From Eledone cirrhosa (Eukaryota): a stretch of DNA of 64,000 nt. Shown here piece after piece: positions 26,793 to 38,129 of the stretch. How positions within the stretch are numbered: position 1 is the first letter of the stretch; each line of letters opens with the position of its first letter. The notes under the pieces were generated by a model. That model was not told the DNA's origin. It saw nothing but the letters and a program-made list of their open reading frames with translations, and did not search any database. A program made the translations under genes and the position numbers. Where the stretch lies: the NCBI GenBank assembly GCA_964016885.1, contig OZ024750.1, positions 48,918,001-48,982,000 on the forward strand, given 5' to 3'.

Positions 26793-28772
26793 CTAAGAGA
26801 GAGAGAGGGAAGGTTTACTTACCTCCCGGGTTTTGTGAAGGTCGGGTGGTTCGACCTCCATGGTTGGTGGGGTTTCTTTTGGGAACCCCTTTAAAAGTCT
26901 TGATGTGAGTTTCACATTCGGGTTTCCCACGTCTTGAGGAAAGCTCTCTCGAATTTCTTTGAAAGAATTGAGTGACATTCGGACCAGAAGAAAATCTTCT
27001 GGCACGCAAAATGTGCTCATTTCAAAAATCTCCCCCTCTGTTTGAATGTCCTCGCTTCGCGCTAAGAGGGCCATCAGTTTATCGTTGGCCCTTCTTACAA
27101 GCACGAAGTTTTTAACATTTTGTTGGTGTGGTTTTATTTGTTTTCGTTTTGGTGAAGGTGGTGGCGATGGTTTTGGTGGTGTTGTTTCGGGTATGTCTAT
27201 GTTTGTTGTAGGTGTGGTGTCTGCAATTTCAGGTATTTGTGTGTTTATTTGTACTTGTGTTTGTTTAGGTTGTTTGCGTTTCGGGGATTGTGGAGGTGGT
27301 GTTGATGTTGCTGATGGTGCTGATGTTATTGGGGAAGTGTCTGCGTTAGTGGTGTCTGTATTTTTTGTTGTGTGTTTTTGTGTTTTGTTGGGGCTTTTTT
27401 TGTGTGAGTTTTCTCTGTTTTTTTGCACTTTTGGGTTTTCCTTCATCTTCGCTGCTGGAAGACAAAGGGTCTGTGTCTGTGAGTGTCTCTGTGTCTGTGT
27501 GTGCGTTTATTTTATTTTTGTTGTCTATGTATATAGTTGGGGGGGTAGGGGAGTGGGGGAGCTTTCCCCGTTTTCTCCTTGGATTGGTTTTGGTGTTGGT
27601 GGTGATCCGGCTGCTTTTGATATTGGTGTCCGTGTTTTTGTTAATGTTGTTTTTGGTGGTGGTGGTGCAGCTTTCCGTGCTGACACTGGCGTTGGCAACA
27701 AAGGAGGTTTGCGACCCCCTGCATTTTTGCGCTGAGTGCAGAAGGCTTGAAGATGCGTTGCTTCCCCGCAAACGAAGCAGCGTGGCCTTCTTCCGTCAAT
27801 CATTAGTTGGATTGTTGTCCCGTCCTGCAGGCGGGCAAGATCTGGGATGTTATTTATATCCTCCGGTTTCATTTGGAGAAGAATCTCCAAATCCATTCCG
27901 CACCAGTCTTCTCTCTCTGTCCTTTTGATGTCCAGGAGGGTGGTGTCTGTCCCCTCCTCGATTACGCATCCTAGCAGCCACCATATGTTCATTCCTGGTG
28001 GGATGCTGGGAATGCGTACCTTCACTGTCCTTTTACCCATATAGGACGGATGCATGATAATGCGTTCCGTTCTGCAGGGGATCACCGAGTGCTTATTAGC
28101 GAGGGCCTCGGATTTGAACAGTACCGAGATGGTACCGAACTGTTTGCCTCTTGCTGTGTACTCTATGTTACTTCCGATGTACTCCAAAGCAGCCTCTACC
28201 TCTGCTTGGCTCGCAAGTTCCACTGTTCGTGTCTGCACCGAAATACATCGGAAGAGCACCGTCCTCCTTTGCATTGCCACTATTGCCTCATCCGGGATGG
28301 TCAGGTTTGCCCAGGGCTTCTCCCGCTTAATTAGCCTCCACGCTTTGGCTAACTGTTCGTCTTTATCGCTAATATCAATATCGATATTCAATAAGCGCTT
28401 TGTTTTTGCTGCTGCTGCTGCTGCAGCAAATGTGGTGTTTCTGATGCTCTTATTGTTGTTGTTGTCATTCTTGCTGTTGCCACCGCCATCCTTGTTTACA
28501 TTGAAGCTGTCGGTGTTTTTGTCGTTATTGCTCTGAGTTGTTGTTGTTGTTGTGGTGGTGGTGGTGGTGGCGGTGGTGGTGATGTCGTTTTCAGATGATA
28601 CTGCTGCTATGCCAGAAGGTTGTGATGGTAGCTTTTCAGTTTTGCCTTCACATTCAGTCGAGTGGATGACAGGCATGAGTGTAGCCATCGTAGTCGTGGT
28701 GAAATCTGCAGTGGCTGCCTTTAAACTTTTGACCTGAACGTTGTTTACCGTTTCAAGGTCGAAAATTTCCAT
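26793..28772 (-). pseudogene. Tx1-like ORF1 (zinc-knuckle protein), interrupted around 27390-27550
   Basis: CFVCGEATHLQAFC knuckle; ORFs 27525-28772 and 26793-27446 share a frame and are bridged by another frame between homopolymer runs. Confidence 0.75.
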
Positions 28773-29020
28773 AATTCTCTTTTGGTGGGGAAGCGATTTT
28801 TTTCGAAGATTTTAAAAAATAAATCTGAATATTCGGGCTTAAAGCCCGAATATTGAGAGGTATCCCTCTCTTTAAATCAAGATGTGTACCTTAAGTTTCG
28901 TTAATGACAAGAAAATACAAAAAAAGACACTTTAAAATAGCTTAAAGCTACGAACCTTTTCCCCCGCAGACTTGTCTGTCTTCACACATGAATAATAATA
29001 ATAATAACAACAACAACAAC

Positions 29021-29109
<89 letters not shown>

Positions 29110-32100
29110 GGGAAGAAGACGCACGAGGTGACGGAGGTCATGAAATCGCTCCCGTAAGTTTTGAATTTTTAACATATTTAAACCATTTGTGAAATAACAA
29201 CTCTTAGCACAAATGCTACGTAAAGCACCCGACTTGAGCCCCAAAAAATTCGGACCCAAAATATATTGTTATAAGGCTCAAATATTCAAATATTCAACTT
29301 TGTATTGTACACTGTATATCAAAAAAAAAATGGCTATAACTGGAAGAAGAACCCCTCCCCTCCTCTCCTCTGGCTACACTATATAGGACAGCTAAACTCA
29401 CCAACACCAGAAACTAGATACACCACCCACCCCATCATCTGTGTATACTAAACACAACAGCCAGATAACGACACATTTTCACCTTCACCGCCACCGCTCA
29501 CTACGGCCATCATTACCACCACTATCCCATCACCGCCGCCACCACCCCTTGACTCCGCTACAGCACCATCACTACAGTAATACGGTCACATCACCGCCAC
29601 CACTGCCTCGGTATCGACATCACCACCACCACTGTCTCAGTATCGCTAACGCCGCCAGTCTCCCACTTCCCTGCTGGTTGCTACTTCCACATTATAGAAT
29701 TCCTACTACTACCAAAGAGGAAGGCATCAAAATATATAGATAGACCCAAAAGAAAAAAGAAAAAAACAAACAACAAAACCAAAGCAGCACAACGAGAAAA
29801 ACAAACAGAGAAAAACAAAAACAAAAAAAAGAAACCCCAAAAACGTAAAGAAAATAAGAATGAAGAGAGAAGCAGGCGGACGGACAGAGAAGAGGGGGGA
29901 AAAAGTAAAACTTAAAAAACTAAAACTAAGTCAGACATTCGAACACTACATTACAATGAAACTTATGCTTATTCATTTCTGGGGCCCTTTCTGCCTGTGT
30001 GTTTGTTTGTTTATATGTGTTCGTATACAGCGTGGTGAAAATGCCACACAAGGGCCAAGTGGGATGGCGGATCCACAGATGGCTATGTAAACATACATTC
30101 GCCAATCCTCGATAAGAGTGTTTAAATATCGAACATAAACAGTTCGAATAACGGTGAAATGGAGACTAGAACGTCATGTGACAGACACTCACCCAACAGG
30201 TGCCCCCTGGCTCAGCAGCAGGAACCTGACTGTCAACCAAATACTGCTGATGTTGGAGGAAGGAGAAGAAGGAAAGGGGCCAGAACCAACTGGACGAAAG
30301 AATTGAATAGAACTGTTATGCAATGCTACCTGAAAAGTAACCCCAAGGAGAGGGGCTACAGGAGACGGATGCATAACATCTGGAACGAGATTGGCTTATT
30401 TAAATTAGATGAACAAAAATTGGCCGGGCAGGCTCGGGTAATAAGAACTAATGGGTGGATAAGCGAGCTGGAACTGGAGGAACTGAGCAGAGAGAATGGC
30501 TTGGAGATGGCGGGTGTAGTATGCCAGACAAGCGAGCCGGTGGGAAATGAAGGTGAGGAGGTCCTGAGAACGGAGGAACCACCCGAAGCAGACAATGATC
30601 TGAGTACTGAGATAAATAATACCTGGAACAGAGATACGGCCACTGAGGAGATGAATGCTGACGGGCTAGGACAAGATTCGGTTGACATCCTAAATTTAGT
30701 GGTAGATGAATTGAACAATGATAGTGGGAGACCTATGAACCTAAGATTTGTAGACAGGAAAAAGTTAAAAGAAACAACAGCTAAGGTAAACAAAGTCATC
30801 CCATACCTTGAGGCGAGGAGCCTTCACCAGTGCAACAATATCCTCAGAGCAACAGCAAATACGGTGAGGAAACTACTTGGTATAAAAGCGAGAGGAAACA
30901 ACAGACAAGAAAGAGCAGAGCCGTGGTGGAAGAAGCGACTGAGTGGGCAAATCGGGGAAATGATAAATGACATAGGAAAGCTTGAGTCACTACTGAATGG
31001 GACACTAAAAAACATAGGCACTAAAAATAGACTGGAAATAAAATACAAAACTAGGAGTAAAAAGCTAAATATTATCATAGAGGAATTGAAGCAACGCATT
31101 GTAGCAAAGAGTGCAAAAATCAGGCGATACGAGAACAGAGTGAGTCAGTATAAACAGAACCGCATGTTCGACAACAACCAGAAGATACTGTTTAGACAGC
31201 TTGAGGGCAAAGAAAGAGGCAACGACTTGATCCCTGGGGCGGAGCAAACTAAAACATTCTGGAGAGGAATATGGGAGCAGGATGTTAGACACAATGCCCA
31301 GGCAGGGTGGATTGAGACAGTACAGAGGGAGATCGGTGAGCAAGCACAGCAACATACTGATTTGAGTATCACAGTTGAAACTCTTAAGGGGCAAGCCAAA
31401 AAACTAACCAACTGTAAATCACCAGGCCCAGATGGTGTGCAGGGGTATTGGATTAAACATCTAACATCCCTCCACCCGAAGCTGACGGCCATGTTCAATG
31501 ACTGCTTGGTGTCGGGTGAGGTGCCAGAGTGGTTGACAAAAGGTACCACAGTTCTGATAATGAAAGACCGAATCAAGGGTAATGATGCTACCAACTATAG
31601 ACCTATCACATGTCTGCCCGTCATGTGGAAACTGTTGACGAGCATTGTGTCTGAGGAAATCTACCATCACCTCCACACAAACAACTTGTTACCGGACGAA
31701 CAGAAAGGATGCCGAAATAAGTCACGTGGTACAAAGGACCAGTTGCTTATTGATAAGATGGTAATGGGGAATTGCAGGAGGAGACACACTGATCTTGCCA
31801 TGGGATGGATAGACTACAGAAAGGCATTTGACATGGTGCCTCATTCCTGGATCACCAAAAGCCTGGAGATCTTCAGGGTGGCAGATAACATCAGACAGAT
31901 GCTAGGCAGGAGTATGGGGTCCTGGGAGACAGAGTTGACATCAACTGGAGTATCCTTGGGAAGCGTGAAGATCAAGAGAGGTATCTTCCAGGGAGATAGC
32001 CTGGCCCCTCTGTTGTTTGTCCTTGCCCTGATGCCCTTGACCATTATGCTGCGAAAAGTGAGATCAGGATACAAGTTGGGAAGGGGAGAGCTTACCATCA

Positions 32101-33637
32101 ATCACCTCCTCTTCATGGACGATCTTAAGCTCTTCGGGAAAAGTGAGAAGGAGTTGGATGTGCTTGTTGACACTGTCCGTATTTTCAGCAGTGATATATG
32201 TATGCAGTTTGGTATTGGTAAATGTGGAGTCATTGTGATGAAGAGGGGTAGGTTGAGCAGAAGTAACGGGATCCAGATACCAACAGGTGAGATGATAAAG
32301 GAAATTGACTCTGAGGAAGGATACAAGTATTTGGGCGTTCTGGAGGCTGATGGCATAAAGAACAAAAAAATGAAGGAATTGTTAAGAACTGAATACATTC
32401 GGAGAGTAAGGAGCGTATTGAAGTCACATCTGAACAGCAGAAATGCCATAAGCGCAGTAAATTCCCGAGCTGTGTCTATTATTAGGTACAGTGCGGGAAT
32501 TCTGAGATGGAATGTTGCTGAACAGAAAGAATTGGATAGGAAGACTAGGAAGCTATTGACTATCTACAACATGTTCCACAAGAGGAGTGATGTCGATAGA
32601 CTCTACCTAAGGAGATCTGAGGGTGGAAGAGGTCTTATCAGCATAGAGGACTGTGTTCAGATGGAGAAAAACAACCTATACAAATACGTGACCTATAGTA
32701 AGGAGCCAATGCTCATAGCTGTACTGAAGGAGGGGACAGTAGGCCAGGGGATGTCCAGGGAGGAAATAACATCAAGGAGGAAGAGCAGCCTTAAGGGAAA
32801 ACCCCTTCATAGTAACTTCTTTGAGAAAACTGAATTTAGAGATCCACAGACATGGAACTGGTTGAGAAGAGGAGACCTCAAAAAGGCTACAGAAGGAATG
32901 CTAATGGCTGCGCAGGAGCAGGCCCTCAAAACGAAGTGGTTGAAGCACCATATCTACAAGGAGGAGGCCAGCCCACTGTGCAGGATCTGTGGAGAGAGAG
33001 AGGAGACTGTGGCTCACATTGTGTCCGAGTGTAAACACCTAGCCCAGACCCACTATAAGGGCTGGAGACACGATGTGATGGGCAGGGTGATCCACTGGCA
33101 CCTGTGCAAAGTAAACAATCTACCACATTCTGAGAAATGGTATGAGCATAGGCCAGAGGCGGTGATGGAGAACAATCAGGTGAAGGTGCTGTGGGATTTT
33201 AGGATACAGACGGACAAAAAACTGGAACACAATAGACCTGACCTGGTGCTTGTGGACAAAGAAAAAAGATCGTGCCTGATTGTGGATGTGGCCTGCCCGT
33301 TCGACACGAGAGTGCAAGAGAAGGAGAGGGAGAAAATTAACCGATACCAGGACCTAAAGTGGGAGGTGAAAAGGATTTGGAATTGCCATGAAGTCAAAGT
33401 GATCCCGATTGTCATAGGCGCACTGGGGACTATCTCCAAAAGTTTCCAGGGATGGTTAAAGAAAATCGGCCCCTTCACGCTTTTTGGAACTCTTCAAAAG
33501 GCATGCTTGCTTGGAACAGCAAGAACCCTCCGATACGTACTGAATATCTGAGGCTGCATGTAGTGGCTTGATATTCAATCCAACGGACTTTCCAGTTAAC
33601 CAACATCAATGACTGAGATTCAAGGAATAACAATAAC

Positions 33638-33670
<33 letters not shown>
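29110..33670 (+). mobile_element. R4/Dong-like element including possible long 5' leader (5' boundary uncertain)
   Basis: Bounded by (TAA)n at 28992-29109 and 33626-33670. Confidence 0.55.
30159..33551 (+). CDS. Intact single ORF of an R4/Dong-like non-LTR retrotransposon (Myb-like N-terminus, RT, CCHC, restriction-like endonuclease), 1130 aa
   Basis: GIFQGDSL, FMDD, CRICGEREETVAHIVSEC, RHD, RPDLVLVD..IVDVACP; short 3' UTR then (TAA)n. Confidence 0.92.
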   Translation: METRTSCDRHSPNRCPLAQQQEPDCQPNTADVGGRRRRKGARTNWTKELNRTVMQCYLKSNPKERGYRRRMHNIWNEIGLFKLDEQKLAGQARVIRTNGWISELELEELSRENGLEMAGVVCQTSEPVGNEGEEVLRTEEPPEADNDLSTEINNTWNRDTATEEMNADGLGQDSVDILNLVVDELNNDSGRPMNLRFVDRKKLKETTAKVNKVIPYLEARSLHQCNNILRATANTVRKLLGIKARGNNRQERAEPWWKKRLSGQIGEMINDIGKLESLLNGTLKNIGTKNRLEIKYKTRSKKLNIIIEELKQRIVAKSAKIRRYENRVSQYKQNRMFDNNQKILFRQLEGKERGNDLIPGAEQTKTFWRGIWEQDVRHNAQAGWIETVQREIGEQAQQHTDLSITVETLKGQAKKLTNCKSPGPDGVQGYWIKHLTSLHPKLTAMFNDCLVSGEVPEWLTKGTTVLIMKDRIKGNDATNYRPITCLPVMWKLLTSIVSEEIYHHLHTNNLLPDEQKGCRNKSRGTKDQLLIDKMVMGNCRRRHTDLAMGWIDYRKAFDMVPHSWITKSLEIFRVADNIRQMLGRSMGSWETELTSTGVSLGSVKIKRGIFQGDSLAPLLFVLALMPLTIMLRKVRSGYKLGRGELTINHLLFMDDLKLFGKSEKELDVLVDTVRIFSSDICMQFGIGKCGVIVMKRGRLSRSNGIQIPTGEMIKEIDSEEGYKYLGVLEADGIKNKKMKELLRTEYIRRVRSVLKSHLNSRNAISAVNSRAVSIIRYSAGILRWNVAEQKELDRKTRKLLTIYNMFHKRSDVDRLYLRRSEGGRGLISIEDCVQMEKNNLYKYVTYSKEPMLIAVLKEGTVGQGMSREEITSRRKSSLKGKPLHSNFFEKTEFRDPQTWNWLRRGDLKKATEGMLMAAQEQALKTKWLKHHIYKEEASPLCRICGEREETVAHIVSECKHLAQTHYKGWRHDVMGRVIHWHLCKVNNLPHSEKWYEHRPEAVMENNQVKVLWDFRIQTDKKLEHNRPDLVLVDKEKRSCLIVDVACPFDTRVQEKEREKINRYQDLKWEVKRIWNCHEVKVIPIVIGALGTISKSFQGWLKKIGPFTLFGTLQKACLLGTARTLRYVLNI

Positions 33671-33700
<30 letters not shown>

Positions 33701-33751
33701 AAGAAGAAGAAGAAGAAGAAGAAGAAGAAGAAGAAGAAGAAGAAGAAGAAG

Positions 33752-33780
<29 letters not shown>
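33671..33780 (+). repeat. Pure (AGA)n tract of ~110 bp
   Basis: Directly visible. Confidence 0.95.
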
Positions 33781-33784
<4 letters not shown>

Positions 33785-34395
33785 CGGGATCCAGATACCA
33801 ACAGGTGAGATGATAAAGGAAATTGACTCTGAGGAAGGATACAAGTATTTGGGCGTTCTGGAGGCTGATGGCATAAAGAACAAAAAAATGAAGGAATTGT
33901 TAAGAACTGAATACATTCGGAGAGTAAGGAGCGTATTGAAGTCACATCTGAACAGCAGAAATGCCATAAGCGCAGTAAATTCCCGAGCTGTGTCTATTAT
34001 TAGGTACAGTGCGGGAATTCTGAGATGGAATGTTGCTGAACAAAAAGAAATGGATAGGAAGACTAGGAAGCTATTGACTATCTACAACATGTTCCACAAG
34101 AGGAGTGATGTCGATAGACTCTACCTAAGGAGGTCTGAGGGTGGAAGAGGTCTTATCAGCATAGAAGACTGTGTTCAGATGGAGAAAAACAACCTATACA
34201 AATACGTGACCTATAGTAAGGAGCCAATGCTCAGAACTGTACTGAAGGAGGGGACAGTGGGCCAGGGGATGTCCAAGGAGGAAATAACATCAAGGAGGAA
34301 GAGCAGCCTCAAGGGAAAATCCCTTCATAGTACCTTCTTTGAGAAAACTGAATTTAGAGATCCACAGACATGGAACTGGTTGAGAAGAGGAGACT
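33777..34395 (+). mobile_element. Internal fragment of the same R4/Dong-like family
   Basis: Colinear with ~32260-32877, with several substitutions. Confidence 0.9.
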
Positions 34396-34399
34396 GTGC

Positions 34400-35718
34400 T
34401 GGAGGTGGTTTTGTATGGACCTGGTTGCTATTGCGCAAGATTGTACATCACCAACCAAGTGTTCGACAATAGCCAAACTCTTCGCCAACACCTAGGCCAA
34501 AATCATAAACTTTGTTTTTAGCAGGTTTATGGGCCTGAAGTTATCAGCTGTGTCCCTCTTATTTTCGTCTTTCCACATCAGCGGTACTACACCCCAGCTA
34601 ACAGAACTGGAAATGCACCATAGCTAACAGAAGTGGGATGTCCCTGTTCAGTTGCTAGTTACAGTAGAGGTGTTGGGGTGATCAGAGAACAGCTCAGGCA
34701 CATTTACATAAAGCTCATAGGGCAGACCATCTACACCGGTTGTCTTGCACATTTTTCAGCCGACTAGTGTATCGTGAATTTCAGCTGAAGTTAATGACCT
34801 TTCGCAGCGCTCAGTATCGGCTGTCTCGAGATGCGGTAAACCGTCGAGGTAAGGACTGATTTTTGCTACCGTCTCTGACGTGACAGTGCCTCCAAACAAC
34901 CGAGCAATGTGCTGCCGAAAGGCCTCAAACATCTACCCGGAATATCTCAGGATGTGTCCCTCTCAATTCGTCTAAGACCATATTGTGGTTTTATTAGCAT
35001 GTTGCCCCTAATTCACGCGTGCAGTCGAGCAGCTTTCGCTCCCTCATTTTGTAGTACACATGCCTTAGCTCTGACAATGCAATCATCGTGTTTCGCATTG
35101 AAGAAATGGTCCAATACCATTCTCACCGCTAACATATCAGTTGCAATGTCACTACAAATAGCCACATCTAACTTAGCTACCAGCTGCCTCTTCTAAGGCC
35201 TTTTGTTTAACTCTACTTCTTTCTTAAACCCTATCGAAATTACTCTAATCTTTGTTTTAAGAGCCCACTATCACCTGTTGTTGATAGCTCTCCCAGTGAA
35301 GTGTTATTTAACTAAATGGTTGACCTGATTCCTGTAAGACTATGTCCTGGTAAAGGTATGTTCATCTTCCAGTGACCAGGTCTTAACCTACCAGTATTAT
35401 TTAGGTCGACGATACATATCACAAACTTGTGATCTGAATAGGAGACAGTTTTAAAATGTTGACCGCTTACGCTATTCCTCTCTATATTCCTAATGAAAAC
35501 CTGTCTAAATACGATCTAGAGGAAGCTATGCAGTTGGTCTAGAGAAATATTTTCGGTACCTATCAGAGAGTTGGAACTGGCTAATCAGAAACTTGAGGCT
35601 TTTGCACTGCCCCAACCCATCGGCCACTCCCACCCAGTTCCAGCGTGTGTCCAAGATGCCGTCACCGTCCCACCGTAACAGTAAAGGGCGAGATGTACCA
35701 AGAAGGGTTTCCAGAACC
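34400..35718 (-). mobile_element. Tx1-like ORF2 relic (EN to RT start)
   Basis: Colinear with ~25095-26410. Confidence 0.8.
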
Positions 35719-36264
35719 CTAGGTTATAATGAATTATTGAGAAAGTTGCCAACCTTTATTCGCAGTAAGAGAAATCAGCATAGTTAGTGTATCTCTCACT
35801 CATTCTATATATACAGAGAGAAAGAGAGCGGGAGAGATAGATAGAGAGGGAGAGTGACATAGAGAGGCAGTGATAGAGATACAGCTCAAACGCATAGATT
35901 AGGTATCAGAAAATTAAAAACGTCGATTATTTTAGACAAAGAAAAGTCAATTATGTAAGAGAAGGGCACATATTATTGGCACATCAGGCCATGATATAAT
36001 TTATATTACTGTTTCAATGTAGATTAAATGTAAATATGTTTAGGATTAACTCGTATTTCAATATAATTGGTATTGGCTCGCGACCATTGAAAAATTATAT
36101 TGGAAAAATATATATGTATTTCTTCTGTATTTAAATAGATTTAATTGAGAACTCTTTCAGTGTGGTTGGGGATTATTCTTTTTCTAATGTTAATAGTATT
36201 TCTTTAATAATCACAGCTAATCGTCTTGTAATCTATTTTTCAGGAAACGATTTCTTAGAAAATA

Positions 36265-37779
36265 ATGAAGAGCTTATTCATCATTAAACTGCTACTATGC
36301 ACTGGTATCCATATACTGACAGTTAGCAGTGAAAATATTTTATATCTGTCATGGTGTAGCTACGGTCATGTAAATCCAATGATTTCCGTAGCAAAGGAAT
36401 TACGAAAATATGGACATAACAGCTATTTCCCTCTGAATAAAAATTCCACTGAAACATTTGGAGATGAAAAAAACATACATGTAATGCATATGGATGAAAC
36501 ACCAGAAGTTCATGGGTTACGATCTTTGGTAGAGAAGCAAGTATCATCAAAGCATATTGTTTTAATGAGAAATATTCTGAAAGTAATTCCTATAATATGC
36601 GAAAGATTTTTAACCAATGAAAAATGGATTGAATCTTTGAGAGAGGTCAATGCTAGTTTAGCAGTTATCAATGGAGTATTTACGACACATTGCCTGACAA
36701 TAATTGCTTATAAACTCTCAATACCGTTTGTTTTCTCAGGATCCGAGATATTTCCTAGTTTCCACCGTATTCAATGGGCCCCCAATATTTTACCTAATAC
36801 CTTGATCGGATTCACAGGCAAGGTGACATATTTCGAAAAGTTAATAAATACTTTATTTTCTATTATTGAATACAATATGCCTCCAACGTTATCGCCTACA
36901 CACAGTGTCAAAACGTACGCTAAAGACAAGCCTGATATTTCTTTCACTGATTTGCTACATCAAGCAGAGTTCTATCTGATTGAAAAAGATGTATTGTTAG
37001 GTTCTCCTCTACCACAGCTTCCTAATGTAAAATACGTTGGAGGTCTTGCTACTAAACGTTCATTACCATTGAAAGGAGCAATACGGACATTTGTGGATGC
37101 TTCTAAAAATGGAATAGTTATTGTAACTTTTGGTAGTAACCTCGATGATTTCCCAAAGGTTCAACTAGAAAAACTACAAAATGCTTTCATACAAATAAAA
37201 TATGATGTTGTGTGGAGACAGAAGAAAATATCATTTTCTCATAAGAATATTTATCTAAGTGAGTGGATTCCACAGAATGACCTGCTTGGACATCCAAATG
37301 CTAAGTTGTTTGTTACTCACTGTGGTAATAGTGGCCAGTTTGAAGCTTTGTTCCATGGTGTACCAATGCTAGGGGTTCCTTTAGTAGCAGATCAACATTA
37401 TAACGCACGTCAAATGACCGATAAAGGTTATGGTCTTTCCCTAGACATAGAGAACTTTTCTACTGAAGAACTGATAGACAAAATTAATGAGTTGATTGAA
37501 AATGATACATATTCTAAGAAGATTAAAAGAGCTAGTGAAATATTTCATTCTCGTCCTGAACCACCAGCAAAGAAAGCAGCCCGCCATATCGATCACATTT
37601 TAAAGTATGGTGGAGCATATCTGAAATCTCCAGGTCAAGAGAGTCCATTCTGGGAGTTTCTTATGATGGATGTATTGTTACCTATATTTTTAGTAACATT
37701 AATTCTGATATATTTCATATATCTGATTGGGAAAAATTGTATATATTTTTGTTGGAAGAAGAAAGCTAAAAGTGATTAA
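36265..37779 (+). CDS. UGT: UDP-glycosyltransferase copy B, 504 aa
   Basis: Signal peptide, GH motif, UGT signature, TM helix, KAKSD tail. Confidence 0.95.
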   Translation: MKSLFIIKLLLCTGIHILTVSSENILYLSWCSYGHVNPMISVAKELRKYGHNSYFPLNKNSTETFGDEKNIHVMHMDETPEVHGLRSLVEKQVSSKHIVLMRNILKVIPIICERFLTNEKWIESLREVNASLAVINGVFTTHCLTIIAYKLSIPFVFSGSEIFPSFHRIQWAPNILPNTLIGFTGKVTYFEKLINTLFSIIEYNMPPTLSPTHSVKTYAKDKPDISFTDLLHQAEFYLIEKDVLLGSPLPQLPNVKYVGGLATKRSLPLKGAIRTFVDASKNGIVIVTFGSNLDDFPKVQLEKLQNAFIQIKYDVVWRQKKISFSHKNIYLSEWIPQNDLLGHPNAKLFVTHCGNSGQFEALFHGVPMLGVPLVADQHYNARQMTDKGYGLSLDIENFSTEELIDKINELIENDTYSKKIKRASEIFHSRPEPPAKKAARHIDHILKYGGAYLKSPGQESPFWEFLMMDVLLPIFLVTLILIYFIYLIGKNCIYFCWKKKAKSD

Positions 37780-37807
37780 AATATTTCTTTTGTTAAACAT
37801 TATTGTT

Positions 37808-37877
37808 TACAGGGTCGATAAAATAAATACCAGTAATGCACTGGGTAATTGCTGGCCTTGTGCCTAACGTAGAAACA
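37808..37877 (+). mobile_element. 5'-truncated SINE in the UGT-B 3' UTR
   Basis: SINE 3' end flanked by attattgtt at 37799-37807 and 37878-37886; absent from the paralogous UGT-C site. Confidence 0.8.
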
Positions 37878-38129
37878 ATTATTGTTGTAAACAATATTTT
37901 GTTTAATAACAATCCAGTGCAGAAAATAGATGGTTTATATTCATGTCTTAATATGTACTGTTTCAATAATAAATATTTAGAAATCTAGTGAGTTTGTGTT
38001 CATGTTTAATATGTTCTATTTCAACAACAAATGTAATACCAATGTCGCCAAAACAGTCTAACTTTATGTCCCCTAAAGTTATTAAATCATATAAATATAT
38101 ACATTGGGCATCCCATGTCTTAGCAATTG

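Larger units (their letters stand above)
23071..28991 (-). mobile_element. Near full-length Tx1-like (L1 clade) LINE flanked by (TAA)n on both sides
   Basis: ORF1 with CCHC knuckle, ORF2 APE-RT-CCHC, minus-strand AATAAA at 23079-23084 just before the (TTA)n tail. Confidence 0.9.

Noticed and set aside
27046-28536. Plus-strand hydrophobic ORFs
   Set aside because: Antisense shadows of the low-complexity Tx1 ORF1.
33609-34472. 287-aa ORF with poly-Ile and poly-Arg
   Set aside because: Chance read-through of (TAA)n(AGA)n into a LINE fragment.
19525-35718. Idea that the Tx1 relics at 19.5-21.9 kb and 34.4-35.7 kb are halves of one split element
   Set aside because: They cover overlapping parts of ORF2, so they are separate copies.
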